In this document: positions 10,060 to 19,362 of the stretch, piece after piece
How the letters are laid out: each line of letters opens with the position of its first letter
How positions within the stretch are numbered: position 1 is the first letter of the stretch
DNA from: Betaproteobacteria bacterium
Lineage (GTDB): Bacteria > Pseudomonadota > Gammaproteobacteria > Burkholderiales > SG8-39
Length of the DNA: 64,000 nucleotides
Reading direction: 5' to 3'
Assembly: GCA_037443705.1 (NCBI GenBank)
Contig: JBBINV010000001.1
Coordinates: forward strand, 69,692 to 133,691
Notes under the pieces: generated by a model
Told to the model about the DNA's origin: nothing
The model's database searches: none
Seen by the model: only the letters and a program-made list of their open reading frames with translations
Translations under genes and position numbers: made by a program

Positions 10060-11601
10060 ATGAACGGCGCCGAAGCGCTCGCGCGGACGCTTGCAGCCGC
10101 GGGCGTCGACACCTGCTTCGCCAACCCCGGCACTTCCGAGATGCATTTCGTCTCGGCGCTCGACCGCGTGCCAGGCCTGCGCTGCGTCCTCGGTCTCGCC
10201 GAGACCGTGGTAGCGGGCTGCGCCGACGGCTACGGGCGCATGGCCGGAAAGCCCGCGGCGACCCTCCTTCACTGCGGTCCGGGCCTCGCGAACGGGATCG
10301 CCAACTTCCACAACGCGCGCCGCGCCAACACGCCCATCGTCTCGATCGTAGGCGACCAGGCGACCTACCACCGCCCTTTCGATGCGCCGCTCACGGCGGA
10401 TACCGAAGGGCTGGCGCGAGCCGTGTCGGTTTGGGTTCATACGAGCTCTTCTTCAACACGCGCGGGAAACGACGCAGCCGACGCCATTCGTGCCGCGCTC
10501 TCCCCTCCGGGCGGCGTGGCGACGCTGGTGCTTCCGGCCGATTGCGCGTGGGACGAGGGCGCGGAGCCGGGAAAACCGCTTTCCGTTCCACCGAGAAGTT
10601 CCGTTTCATTCGAATCAATCGAAAAAGCAGCCCGGGCGTTACGCGGTGGCACCTCTTCGATGCTCCTGCTTTCGGGACCCGGCCTCTCCGTAGAGGGCTT
10701 GAAGGCAGCGAATCGAATCGCGCAGGTCACGAACGCGAGACTGAGAACCCCCACCCAGGTCCCGCGCATGGCGCGCGGGCGGGGGCGCGTGCCGGTCGAT
10801 CGCATTCCGTACGTGGTGGATCTCGCGCTCAAGGTGCTCGAAGGCACCAAGCATCTTGTCCTTGCGGGCGCGAGAGCGCCGGTGGGATTCTTCGCCTATC
10901 CCGGCAAGCGCTCCACGCTCTGGCCGGTGGACTGCGACGTGCACACGCTCGCGTGCCCGGAAGACGATGTCGTGGGCGCGCTCGAAGCGCTCGCGGATGA
11001 GCTCGGCGCGCCGCGCGAGGTTGCGGTTCCGGATCCGGGCCCGCGACCCGAGCCGCAGCGCGGCGCGTTCAGGCCCGATGCGTTCGGGTACACGCTCGCC
11101 GCGCTCCTGCCCGAGAATGCGATCGTCGCCGAGGACGCGGTGACTTCGGGGCGCGCGCTCTTCGGGCTGACGTTCGCGGCCGCACCGCACGACTGGATTC
11201 AGTTGACCGGCGGCGCGATCGGTTTCGCGTTTCCCGCCGCCACCGGCGCCGCGATCGCCTGCCCGGAGCGAAAGGTGATCTGCCTTCAGGCCGACGGCGG
11301 CGGGATCTATTCGCTGCAATCGCTCTGGACCCAGGCACGCGAGAAGGCGGACGTGATCAACATCGTCTTTGCCAACCGCCGCTACGCGATTCTTCAGGGC
11401 GAGCTCGCTGCGGTGGGCGCGAAGCCCGGGCCGGCCTCGGAGGCGCTCTTCGATCTTTCGCGCCCCGAGATCCGCTGGACGAAGCTCGCCGAGGGCATGG
11501 GCGTGGAAGCCGTGCGCGTGGAAAACCTCGAATCCTTCGCCGACGCGTTCCGTGCCGCCTGCGCGCGGCGCGGGCCGTTCCTGATCGAGTTCTCGATCTA
11601 G
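10060..11601 (+). CDS. thiamine-diphosphate-dependent enzyme (acetolactate synthase large subunit-like)
   Basis: 513-aa ORF. N-terminal pyrimidine-binding domain (GAEALARTLAAAGVDTCFANPGTSEMH) and C-terminal ThDP/Mg motif region (LQADGGGIYSLQSLWT...NRRY). Confidence 0.8.
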   Translation: MNGAEALARTLAAAGVDTCFANPGTSEMHFVSALDRVPGLRCVLGLAETVVAGCADGYGRMAGKPAATLLHCGPGLANGIANFHNARRANTPIVSIVGDQATYHRPFDAPLTADTEGLARAVSVWVHTSSSSTRAGNDAADAIRAALSPPGGVATLVLPADCAWDEGAEPGKPLSVPPRSSVSFESIEKAARALRGGTSSMLLLSGPGLSVEGLKAANRIAQVTNARLRTPTQVPRMARGRGRVPVDRIPYVVDLALKVLEGTKHLVLAGARAPVGFFAYPGKRSTLWPVDCDVHTLACPEDDVVGALEALADELGAPREVAVPDPGPRPEPQRGAFRPDAFGYTLAALLPENAIVAEDAVTSGRALFGLTFAAAPHDWIQLTGGAIGFAFPAATGAAIACPERKVICLQADGGGIYSLQSLWTQAREKADVINIVFANRRYAILQGELAAVGAKPGPASEALFDLSRPEIRWTKLAEGMGVEAVRVENLESFADAFRAACARRGPFLIEFSI

Positions 11602-11609
11602 GGGCTTGC

Positions 11610-12035
11610 CTACCCCAGAGCCTCGAAAGCGAGGCCGGCGAACCGCTCGAAGTCACGGTCGAAAGAGGCGAGCGTCGCGCCGTGTTCGATCGCGAGCGCG
11701 GCAAGGTGCGCATCGGTCGTGAGATTTCCGCCCGTACCTGCCGCGGTCAGCAGACGCGACAGGATCGGTTCATGCCGCTCGGTCGGGTGGAGCATGTGGG
11801 CCGCAGGAGCCCCGAGCCAGTCCCGCACCGTCGCCAGCGCATCCTCCACCGCGAGCGGCTTGGGGAAGATCCCGCGGCGGGTGGAGAGCCGGATGAAGCC
11901 GAGCAGTACGACCCACGACAAGCCCACCCCCTCGGGAGCGTCGAACGCGGCCTCCAGCCAGGCGCGCGCGGCTGCGTGATCGTCGCCAGCGGCGTTCGCC
12001 GCGTGCAGCAGTACGTTCAGGTCCGGCAGCTTCAA
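11610..12035 (-). CDS. vapC: type II toxin, PIN-domain ribonuclease VapC
   Basis: 141-aa ORF. N-terminal LPDLNVLL acidic-residue motif and C-terminal TTDAHLAALAIEHGATLASFDRDF, typical of PIN toxins. 4-nt overlap with the upstream antitoxin gene. Confidence 0.85.
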   Translation of the reverse strand: MKLPDLNVLLHAANAAGDDHAAARAWLEAAFDAPEGVGLSWVVLLGFIRLSTRRGIFPKPLAVEDALATVRDWLGAPAAHMLHPTERHEPILSRLLTAAGTGGNLTTDAHLAALAIEHGATLASFDRDFERFAGLAFEALG

Positions 12036-12301
12036 CGGCCGCCCGCGCGCCGCCGCGGCCGCGCGACGGTCTCGGTGTCCTCCAGCTCGGCCGCGAGCGC
12101 GAGCGCCTTGGTCAGATCGACGAGCGGCTTGCCGAGATCGAAGGTGCGCTGCTTGAAGCGGCCGACCGGCCGTCGCGCGCGGGCGCGCAAGCCCTCGCGC
12201 AGTGCCGCGTTCAGCACCTTCTTGAACGGCTCGCCGCGCTCGCGCATCGCCCTGCGCAGCAGCACCTGAACGTCGGGATCGATCGTGACCGTGGTTCGCA
12301 T
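12032..12301 (-). CDS. type II antitoxin (VapB-like)
   Basis: 89-aa ORF (MRTTVTIDPDVQVLLRRAMRERGEPFKKVLNAALREGL), the typical antitoxin N-terminal DNA-binding strand-helix pattern. Overlaps the vapC start. Confidence 0.8.
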   Translation of the reverse strand: MRTTVTIDPDVQVLLRRAMRERGEPFKKVLNAALREGLRARARRPVGRFKQRTFDLGKPLVDLTKALALAAELEDTETVARPRRRAGGR

Positions 12302-12303
12302 GG

Positions 12304-12336
12304 CATCATGATAGCAGAACGCTTGCTGTCATGATG
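12304..12336. promoter_or_regulatory. inverted repeat immediately upstream of vapB (candidate operator / mug terminator stem)
   Basis: CATCATGATAGCA-7 nt-TGCTGTCATGATG: 13-bp arms with 1 mismatch. It fills the 35-bp gap between the mug stop (12337) and the vapB ATG (12301). Confidence 0.5.
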
Positions 12337-12819
12337 CTACCCGGACCTCCTGACCCTCGCGAAAAGCGCCGCGAGGTCCTTCAACTGGTAGCTGGCGTTC
12401 AGCCCGCTCGGGTTCGGCAGCACCCACACGCGCGCGTCCTCGAAGGTTTGGGGTTGCTCTCCAATCCTCGGTCTGGTCACGCCGAACGCAGCGCCGTAGG
12501 CCCCTACGCCCAGAAACGCGACCACTCTCGGCCGATAGCGCCGCACCTTCGCCGCGAGGCGCTTCCTTCCACTGACGAACTCGGCGGGCTCCAGCTCCTC
12601 GGCGGTCGCCGTGGCGCGATTGACGAGATTCACGATCCCGTAGCCCGCCTTCAGCAGCTCGCGCTGCTCGGAAGGGTGCAACAGCCGCTTCGTGAATCCG
12701 GCGGCGTGAAGCGCGGGCCAGAAGCGGTTGCCGGGACGCGCGAAATGCCAGCCGGTGGCGCCCGAATAGAGTCCCGGATTGATCCCGCAGAAGAGCACCC
12801 GCAGCCGCGGCGCGATCAC
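12337..12819 (-). CDS. mug: G/U mismatch-specific uracil-DNA glycosylase (Mug/family 2 UDG)
   Basis: Part of ORF 12337..13029. FCGINPG and LPNPSGLN motifs. The GTG at 12819 gives MIAPRLRVLFCGINPG and a ~160-aa product comparable to E. coli Mug. The start is uncertain. Confidence 0.8.
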   Translation of the reverse strand: MIAPRLRVLFCGINPGLYSGATGWHFARPGNRFWPALHAAGFTKRLLHPSEQRELLKAGYGIVNLVNRATATAEELEPAEFVSGRKRLAAKVRRYRPRVVAFLGVGAYGAAFGVTRPRIGEQPQTFEDARVWVLPNPSGLNASYQLKDLAALFARVRRSG

Positions 12820-12877
12820 GTCGCGAATCGATTTGCCCGCCGCCGCCGCGAGCTCGGCCTTCGTGGGACGCGCTGAT

Positions 12878-13135
12878 TCAGCGCGTGCCGAGCGCTTCAC
12901 GGATCTCGCCCAGCTCCTCTTCGACCGGCAGCGCCTTTCGCAGCCGCCGCCCGCAGCGCGAATACCAGTAGCTCGAGTTCTGGAAATCGCCCTCCTGCCG
13001 GTGAACGAGCGCGTGGATCCAGCACGCAAGCTCGTCCTTCTCGTCCTTCATCACGATCCGGTGCGCGCGCGCCCAGTCGCCCGCGCGGCAGGCCTCCAGC
13101 GCCTCGCGCAGCGCCTCCTTCCCGAGCGAAGCCAT
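12878..13135 (-). CDS. hypothetical 85-aa protein (helical, GDW..AH...W.HA..HR.EGD...YWY motif)
   Basis: ATG at 13135 in the tail of ORF 12878..13753. Its start overlaps the stop of the M15 peptidase gene by 1 nt (TGATG). No function recognised. Confidence 0.55.
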   Translation of the reverse strand: MASLGKEALREALEACRAGDWARAHRIVMKDEKDELACWIHALVHRQEGDFQNSSYWYSRCGRRLRKALPVEEELGEIREALGTR

Positions 13136-13644
13136 CAGTAGCCCCGGCAGTACTGGAAGTGCATCGGGTCGCGCGCCGCGCCCTCCCAGCGCCCGCCCCA
13201 CTCGAACCCGTGCCGCGCGAACACCTCCACCACCTCCGGGCTCATGTCGCCCGCGGTGCCCAGGGCGTTCGTCTCCGGGTTCAGATCCACCGCGAGTCCC
13301 CAGCAGTGCGTGGAAAGGTCCTGGTTGCGGCGCTTGGCGCGAAACGCATAGCACCCGCCGAACGAAGTGACGAGCGCCTCGAGCCGCCGCGCCTTCAGCT
13401 CCTCGAAGACCTGCGCGAACACTGCCGCCGCCATCCTGTGGCAGCGCAGCCGCGTTGCGACGCGGGTCCTGTCCCAGCTGAGCGGAATCGCGAACGGCAG
13501 CTCGATCGTGGCGAGAATCTTCCGCTCCCACACCGGATCGATCGTGCCGTCTTCCAGAATGAGCGGGTATGGATCGCCGAAGTCCCGGCAAAGATCCTCC
13601 TTGCCGCTCGGGGCGGGAGCCTGGACGCGAAGCGCGGCGTGCAT
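13135..13644 (-). CDS. M15-family zinc metallopeptidase (VanY / phage-endolysin-like D-Ala-D-Ala or L-Ala-D-Glu peptidase)
   Basis: 169-aa ORF. The zinc ligand pattern STHCWGLAVDLNP ... DPMHFQ (H-x6-D ... H) is typical of the Peptidase_M15 fold. No signal peptide. Confidence 0.75.
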   Translation of the reverse strand: MHAALRVQAPAPSGKEDLCRDFGDPYPLILEDGTIDPVWERKILATIELPFAIPLSWDRTRVATRLRCHRMAAAVFAQVFEELKARRLEALVTSFGGCYAFRAKRRNQDLSTHCWGLAVDLNPETNALGTAGDMSPEVVEVFARHGFEWGGRWEGAARDPMHFQYCRGY

Positions 13645-13653
13645 GGAAAAAAT

Positions 13654-13851
13654 CTAGCTCCGGCGCTTGTAAAAGCGGTTGTAAACAAGGGTAGCCATTA
13701 CCCCCCAGAAAACTCCGCCAAGCAATACTACGGCTACGGCAGCCCCTTGCCACTCAGCAGTGACACCAGAAGAGGGCAGCTTCGAGAGTTGCAGCACGTA
13801 CATCAGGATCGCAGAGATCAAGAACGCCTTTGGATAAAGCCACGTTTTCAC
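13654..13851 (-). CDS. small two-TM membrane protein (holin-like topology), hypothetical
   Basis: 65-aa ORF with two hydrophobic segments (AFLISAILMYVLQL; AAVAVVLLGGVFWGVMATLVY) and a basic C-terminus (YKRRS). Local GC is ~53% by hand count over 13681-13860, against a visibly higher (roughly two-thirds) GC elsewhere in the window. Confidence 0.45.
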   Translation of the reverse strand: MKTWLYPKAFLISAILMYVLQLSKLPSSGVTAEWQGAAVAVVLLGGVFWGVMATLVYNRFYKRRS

Positions 13852-13904
13852 GATTTCCCTCGCCTCACCTCAATTTTCTTGGGTTCAGAACCATACAGAA
13901 ACAA

Positions 13905-16900
13905 TCACCCCGGCGCGAGCTGGGCGCGGCGGCGGGCGAGGGATTGCTGGAGGCGCTCGAAGTAGAGGTAGATGACGGGCGTGAGGTAGAGGGTCAGGAG
14001 CTGCGAGAGGACGAGGCCCCCGACTACGGCGAGGCCGAGGGGCATGCGGGCGCCGCCGCCGGCGCCGAAGCCGATGGCGATCGGGAGGCTCCCCATGAGC
14101 GCGGCAAACGTCGTCATCATGATCGGGCGAAAACGAATGAGACCCGCCTGGTAGATCGCTTCTTCGGGCGGCTTGCCGTCTTTACGCTGCGCCTCGATCG
14201 CGAAGTCGATCATCATGATGGCGTTCTTCTTCACGATGCCCACCAGCATGATGATGCCTACGAAGGCGTACATGTTGAGCTCGATGCTGAACGCCATCAG
14301 TGTGACGAGCGCACCGAGGCCCGCGGTGGGCAGCCCGGAGAGGATGGTGAGCGGGTGGATGAAGCTCTCGTACAGGATCCCGAGGATCAGGTAGATGACG
14401 ACGACCGAGAGGATGAGCAGGATCCCCATTCCCTGGAGCGAGCTCTGGTAGGCCTGCGCGGTGCCGGAGAAGGTGCCGGTGAGGGTCGGAGGGACCTGAA
14501 GCTCGCGCATGCCGCGCTCGACCTCGGCGATCGCCTGCGAGAGCGCTACGCCGGGGCGGAGGTCAAAGGAAAAAGAAACTGACGTGAGCTGGCCGAGGTG
14601 GGTCACCTGGAGCGGGCCCACGCCGGGCTTGAGCGTCGCCACCGCATTGAGCGGGACGAGCGCGCCGGTGGAGGAGCGCACGTAGAGCATCGGGATGACC
14701 GACGGATCGGTCTGGTAGCGCGGCGCGAGCTCCAAAATCACCCAGTACTGGTTGGTGGCGGTGTAGATCGTGGAGACCTGGCGCGAGCCGTAGGCGTTGT
14801 TCAGCGCCATCTCGATGCTCTGCGCCGAGACTCCCAACGCGGAGGCTTTCTCGCGATCGATCTCTACGGTCACTTCGGGGCGCGTGATCTGGAGGTCGCT
14901 CGCTACGTCCACCAGGCCGGGCAGCTCGCGCAGCTTGCGCTCGATCCTCGGCGCCCAGTCGTAGAGCTCGACGGCGGAGGCGCTGCGCATGACGTACTGG
15001 TAGGGGCTCTTGGTGAGCTGGCCGCCAATCCGCACCGCGGGCACGTTCTGGAGGAACACCTTCGCGCCGAGCACGTTCTGAAGGCGGGGTCTCAGCTCGC
15101 GCACGATCTGGTCGGCGGGCTTGCGCTCCTTGAAGGGCTTCAACGTGATCGTCATGCGGCTTACGTTTAGCGAGGGCGAGAAGCCCGTGGCGCCCACGAA
15201 GGACATGACGGCTTCGACGTTCGGGTCCTTGCGCACGATGTCGGCGACCTGGCGCTGCAGCTTCGCCATCGCCTCGAACGAGATGTCCTGCGGCCCTTCC
15301 ACGAAAGCGAAAAGCTGCCCCGAGTCCTCGCTCGGGAGAAAACCTTTGGGTGCGCGCGCGAAGAGGACGCCGGTCGCCACGCAGATCGCGAGGAACACCA
15401 CCATCACCGAGCGCTTGTGATGGAACGTCCAGCGCAGCGTAGCGGCGTAGAAATCGCGCCACGCGTCGAACCCGCGCTCGAACGCCCAGTAGAGGCGGCT
15501 GTGGTGCTCGGCCGCGCGGTGGGGCTTGAGGATCCGGCTCGCCATCATGGGGGTGAGGGTGAGCGAGACGAATCCGGAGATGAGCACCGCGGCGATGATG
15601 GTGATGGCGAATTCGTTGAGCAGCCGCCCGAGGATGCCGGGCATGAAGAGCACCGGGATGAACACGGCGGCGAGCGACAACGTCATCGAGACGATGGTAA
15701 AGACGATCTCCTTCGAGCCTTCGAGCGTCGCCTGCATCGGGGCCTTGCCCATCTCGATATGGCGCGTGATGTTTTCCAGCATCACGATCGCGTCGTCGAC
15801 CACGAAGCCTACGCAGAGCGTGAGCGCCATGAGCGAGATGTTGTCGAGGCTGTAGCCGAGCAGGTACATCACCGAAAACGTGCCGATGATCGACATCGGC
15901 AGCGCCACCGCGGGAATGATCGTGGCCGGGATGTTGCGCAGGAAAAGGAAGATCACGAGCACCACGAGCATGAGCGCGAGGTAGAGCGTGAACTGGACCT
16001 CGGCTACGGAGGCGCGGATCGAAACCGAGCGATCGAACAGCACGTCGATCGAGACCGCGGGCGGCACCTCGGCGCGGAAGGTGGGAAGGAGCTTGCGCAC
16101 GTTGTCCACCACCTCTACGGTGTTGGTGCCGGGCTGGCGGTAGATCGCGAGCACGATGCCGCGCTTGTCCTTGAACCAGGCCGCGACCTTGTCGTTCTGC
16201 ACGCCGTCGATCACGCGCCCGAGGTCTTTCAGCCGCACCGGAGAGCCGCCGCGGTAGGCGACGATCACGGGCTTGAAGGCTTCTGCGTTGGCAAGCTGCC
16301 CGGTCGCCTGCACCGCGAAGATGCGCTCTTTTCCGTAGAGCGTGCCGGTCGGCAGATTGACGTTGGCATTCGCCACCGCCTGCTCAACCTCGTTGATGCC
16401 GATCTGGCGCGCGGCGAGCGCGTTCGGGTCGAGCTGCACGCGCACCGCGTACTTCTGCTGCCCGAACACCTGCACCTGGGCCACGCCGTTGATGGTGGAG
16501 ATGCGCTGCGCGAGATAGGTTTCGGCGTATTCGTTGACCTGCGAAAGCGGCAGCGTGTCGGAGGTGAGCGCGAGATAGAAGACGGGGAAGTCGGCGGGAT
16601 TGACCTTGCGGAACGAAGGCGGTGCCGGCATGGTCGCGGGAAGCTGGCGCGCCGCGGAGGCGATCGCGGAATTCACGTCCTGCGCCGCGGCGTCGATGTC
16701 GCGATCGAGCGCGAACTGGATCGTGATCCGCGTCACGCCCTGCCCGTTCACCGAGCTCATCTCGTCGATGCCCGAAATGGTGGAGAACTGGCGCTCGAGT
16801 ACCGTGGCGACCGCCGAGGCCATGGTCTCGGGGCTCGCCCCCGGCAGCTCCGCGGTCACCTGGATGGTCGGGAAGTCCACGTTCGGGAGCGTGGAGACGG

Positions 16901-16997
16901 GCAAGAGGCGGTACGCGGCGATCCCGAAGAAGAGGATCCCGATCATCACGAGCACCGTGGCGACCGGGCGCCGGACCCAGGGCTCGCAGAAATTCAT
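13905..16997 (-). CDS. RND-family efflux transporter permease (AcrB/MdtB-like)
   Basis: 1030-aa ORF of 12-TM RND architecture, with N-terminus MNFCEPWVRRPVATVLVMIGILFFG and two large periplasmic loops. Confidence 0.95.
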   Translation of the reverse strand: MNFCEPWVRRPVATVLVMIGILFFGIAAYRLLPVSTLPNVDFPTIQVTAELPGASPETMASAVATVLERQFSTISGIDEMSSVNGQGVTRITIQFALDRDIDAAAQDVNSAIASAARQLPATMPAPPSFRKVNPADFPVFYLALTSDTLPLSQVNEYAETYLAQRISTINGVAQVQVFGQQKYAVRVQLDPNALAARQIGINEVEQAVANANVNLPTGTLYGKERIFAVQATGQLANAEAFKPVIVAYRGGSPVRLKDLGRVIDGVQNDKVAAWFKDKRGIVLAIYRQPGTNTVEVVDNVRKLLPTFRAEVPPAVSIDVLFDRSVSIRASVAEVQFTLYLALMLVVLVIFLFLRNIPATIIPAVALPMSIIGTFSVMYLLGYSLDNISLMALTLCVGFVVDDAIVMLENITRHIEMGKAPMQATLEGSKEIVFTIVSMTLSLAAVFIPVLFMPGILGRLLNEFAITIIAAVLISGFVSLTLTPMMASRILKPHRAAEHHSRLYWAFERGFDAWRDFYAATLRWTFHHKRSVMVVFLAICVATGVLFARAPKGFLPSEDSGQLFAFVEGPQDISFEAMAKLQRQVADIVRKDPNVEAVMSFVGATGFSPSLNVSRMTITLKPFKERKPADQIVRELRPRLQNVLGAKVFLQNVPAVRIGGQLTKSPYQYVMRSASAVELYDWAPRIERKLRELPGLVDVASDLQITRPEVTVEIDREKASALGVSAQSIEMALNNAYGSRQVSTIYTATNQYWVILELAPRYQTDPSVIPMLYVRSSTGALVPLNAVATLKPGVGPLQVTHLGQLTSVSFSFDLRPGVALSQAIAEVERGMRELQVPPTLTGTFSGTAQAYQSSLQGMGILLILSVVVIYLILGILYESFIHPLTILSGLPTAGLGALVTLMAFSIELNMYAFVGIIMLVGIVKKNAIMMIDFAIEAQRKDGKPPEEAIYQAGLIRFRPIMMTTFAALMGSLPIAIGFGAGGGARMPLGLAVVGGLVLSQLLTLYLTPVIYLYFERLQQSLARRRAQLAPG

Positions 16998-18106
16998 GAT
17001 TTCCCGATCTGCACCTTCGACTTCGGCCCGAGGCGCAGCTGCCCGCGCGTCACGATGGTCTCCCCTTTCGCGAGACCCTTCGCGACGACGGCCTGCTCGC
17101 CCTCGGTGCGCGCGATTTGAATCCGCCGCACCTGCGCGAGCATGTCCTCGCCCACTACGTACACGTATTGGCCATCGGGCCCCGTCTGCACCGCCTGCGA
17201 CGGAATCACGAGCGCGGACGGCTCCTCGGTCAGCCGCACGCTCACGGTCACGAACTGCCCCGGCCAGAGCGCCGCGGACTCGTTCGGGAATTCGGCCTTG
17301 AGCCTGATGGTGCCCGTGCTCGGATCCACCGCGTTATCGACGAACACGAGCTTGCCGCTCGCCCGGGGCTCGAGCACCTCCACCGCGAGCGGCGCCGCGG
17401 CCATGAACCTGCGGATCTCGGGCAGGTTCTGCTCGGGCACCGCGAAGTTGACGTACACCGGGCGCACCTGGTTGATCACGACGAGGGGATTGGCATCGTT
17501 CGCGCGCACCATGTTTCCGGCCTGCAGCAGGACCCTGCCGGCCACGCCCTCGAGCGGCGCGCGGATCGTGCAGTACTCGAGATTGAGTTTCGCATTCTCG
17601 AGCGCGGCTTCGGACGCCTTCACCGCCGCTTCCGTGGTTTCGGCGTTGGTGCGGATCTGCGCGTAGGCTTCCTTCGAGACGAAGTTCTTGGCGAGCAGCT
17701 CTTCGTAGCGCCTCGCCTGCGAGCGCGCCTGGTCGCGCGCCGCGCGGTCGCGAAGGGCGTTCGCCTCGGATTGCTTGAGCGCCGCCTCGAACGGCCGCGG
17801 GTCGATGCGAAAGAGCACCTCGTTTCTCGCCACCGCCTGGCCTTCGCGGAAATTCACCGCCACCACCTGCCCGTCCACGCGCGAGCGCACCGCCACCGTG
17901 GCGTAGGCCTCCACGTTCCCGATCGCGCGCAAGCGCACCGGCACGCTTTGCTCGATCACCTGCGCCACCTGCACCAGCACCGCCGGCGGCCCGCCCTTGC
18001 CTTTTCTTTCCCGTGCCTTGCTGTCATTGAGGAAATAGGCCGCGACCGAGCCCGCGATCACGGCAATGACCATCAATGAAACCAGAACCCTGTGCTTCGC
18101 AGTCAC
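16994..18106 (-). CDS. RND efflux periplasmic adaptor (membrane fusion protein)
   Basis: Part of ORF 16994..18403. The GTG at 18106 gives MTAKHRVLVSLMVIAVIAGSVAAYFL (TM anchor). Coiled-coil hairpin and beta-barrel segments (RIDPRPFEAAL..., IRAPLEGVAGR...). The 4-nt GTGA overlaps the lysA stop, and there is an ATGA overlap with the permease gene. Confidence 0.88.
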   Translation of the reverse strand: MTAKHRVLVSLMVIAVIAGSVAAYFLNDSKARERKGKGGPPAVLVQVAQVIEQSVPVRLRAIGNVEAYATVAVRSRVDGQVVAVNFREGQAVARNEVLFRIDPRPFEAALKQSEANALRDRAARDQARSQARRYEELLAKNFVSKEAYAQIRTNAETTEAAVKASEAALENAKLNLEYCTIRAPLEGVAGRVLLQAGNMVRANDANPLVVINQVRPVYVNFAVPEQNLPEIRRFMAAAPLAVEVLEPRASGKLVFVDNAVDPSTGTIRLKAEFPNESAALWPGQFVTVSVRLTEEPSALVIPSQAVQTGPDGQYVYVVGEDMLAQVRRIQIARTEGEQAVVAKGLAKGETIVTRGQLRLGPKSKVQIGKS

Positions 18107-19353
18107 AACGGCGGCACCACTTCTGCCGCGTACAGATCCGCAACCCGCTCGCGCGGCCGAACGAGGTGCGGCTGCGCGCCGTCGACCAGCACTTCGGCGG
18201 CGCGCGGCCGAGTGTTGTAGTTCGAGCTCATCGCCATTCCGTAAGCACCCGCGGACATCACGGCGAGGAGATCGCCCGCGCGAGCGGCGAGGCGGCGGCC
18301 GTGCGCGAGGAAGTCGCCGCTCTCGCACACCGGTCCCACCACGTCGTAAACAGCCGCGGGCGCGCCGGATTCCGCTTCGCGCACAGGGCGGATCTCGTGC
18401 CACGCTTCGTAGAGCGCGGGGCGCAGCAGATCGTTCATCGCCGCGTCCACCACGAGGAAGCTCTTTACCTCGCCGGGCTTCACATACTCCACGCGCGTGA
18501 GAAGCACGCCGGCGTTCCCCACGATCGAGCGGCCGGGATCCACGATCAGGGTCTCGCCGCGCATCCCCAGGAATTTCAATGCTTCATGGAGAAAATCCGC
18601 GATCGGCGCCGGATTCTCGTCCTTGTAGCGGATGCCGAAGCCGCCGCCGAGATCGATGTGCGAAAGGCGAATCCCCGCGCGCGCAAGGCGCTCGGCAAGA
18701 GCCGCAATGCGCGCTGCGGCATCCGCGAACGGAGCGGCGCTCGTCAGCTGCGAGCCGATGTGGCAGCCCAGGCCCACGACCTCCGCGTGTGGAAGCGCCG
18801 CGGCGCGCGCGTAGAGGCGCTCGGCCTGCGCGTACGCGATCCCGAACTTCGCTTCTTTCAGGCCGGTGGAGATGTAGGGATGCGTCTTCGGGTCCACGTC
18901 CGGGTTGACGCGAAACGCTACCGGCGCGCGCAGCCGCATGCGGCGCGCCACGGCCTCCACTCGCTCGAGCTCGGCCTCCGACTCGAGGTTGAGGCAGCGC
19001 ACGCCTGCCCGGAGTGCCTGCGCGATCTCGTTCTCGGTCTTGCCGACGCCCGAAAAGAGCGTCTTCGCGGGATCGCCCCCCGCGGCGCGCACGCGTTCCA
19101 GCTCGCCGCCCGAGACGATATCGAACCCGGCGCCCAGGCGCGCGAGCAGCGCGAGCACCGCGAGGTTCGAGTTCGCCTTGACCGAGTACGCCACGAGCGC
19201 TCGCCTTCCTTCGAGCGCAGCGGCGAACGCGCGGTAGCCGGTTTCGATCGCGGCGCGCGAATAGACGTAGCAGGGAGTGCCGAAGCGCCGCGCGATCTCC
19301 TCGAGCGGCACGCCTTCGGCGCAGAGCCCCCCGTCGCGATAGGTGAACGCCAT
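18103..19353 (-). CDS. lysA: diaminopimelate decarboxylase
   Basis: 416-aa ORF. FGTPCYVYS..., the AYSVKANSN PLP-lysine region and CESGD near the C-terminus are typical LysA. Confidence 0.95.
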   Translation of the reverse strand: MAFTYRDGGLCAEGVPLEEIARRFGTPCYVYSRAAIETGYRAFAAALEGRRALVAYSVKANSNLAVLALLARLGAGFDIVSGGELERVRAAGGDPAKTLFSGVGKTENEIAQALRAGVRCLNLESEAELERVEAVARRMRLRAPVAFRVNPDVDPKTHPYISTGLKEAKFGIAYAQAERLYARAAALPHAEVVGLGCHIGSQLTSAAPFADAAARIAALAERLARAGIRLSHIDLGGGFGIRYKDENPAPIADFLHEALKFLGMRGETLIVDPGRSIVGNAGVLLTRVEYVKPGEVKSFLVVDAAMNDLLRPALYEAWHEIRPVREAESGAPAAVYDVVGPVCESGDFLAHGRRLAARAGDLLAVMSAGAYGMAMSSNYNTRPRAAEVLVDGAQPHLVRPRERVADLYAAEVVPPL

Positions 19354-19362
19354 GCCGGGCGG

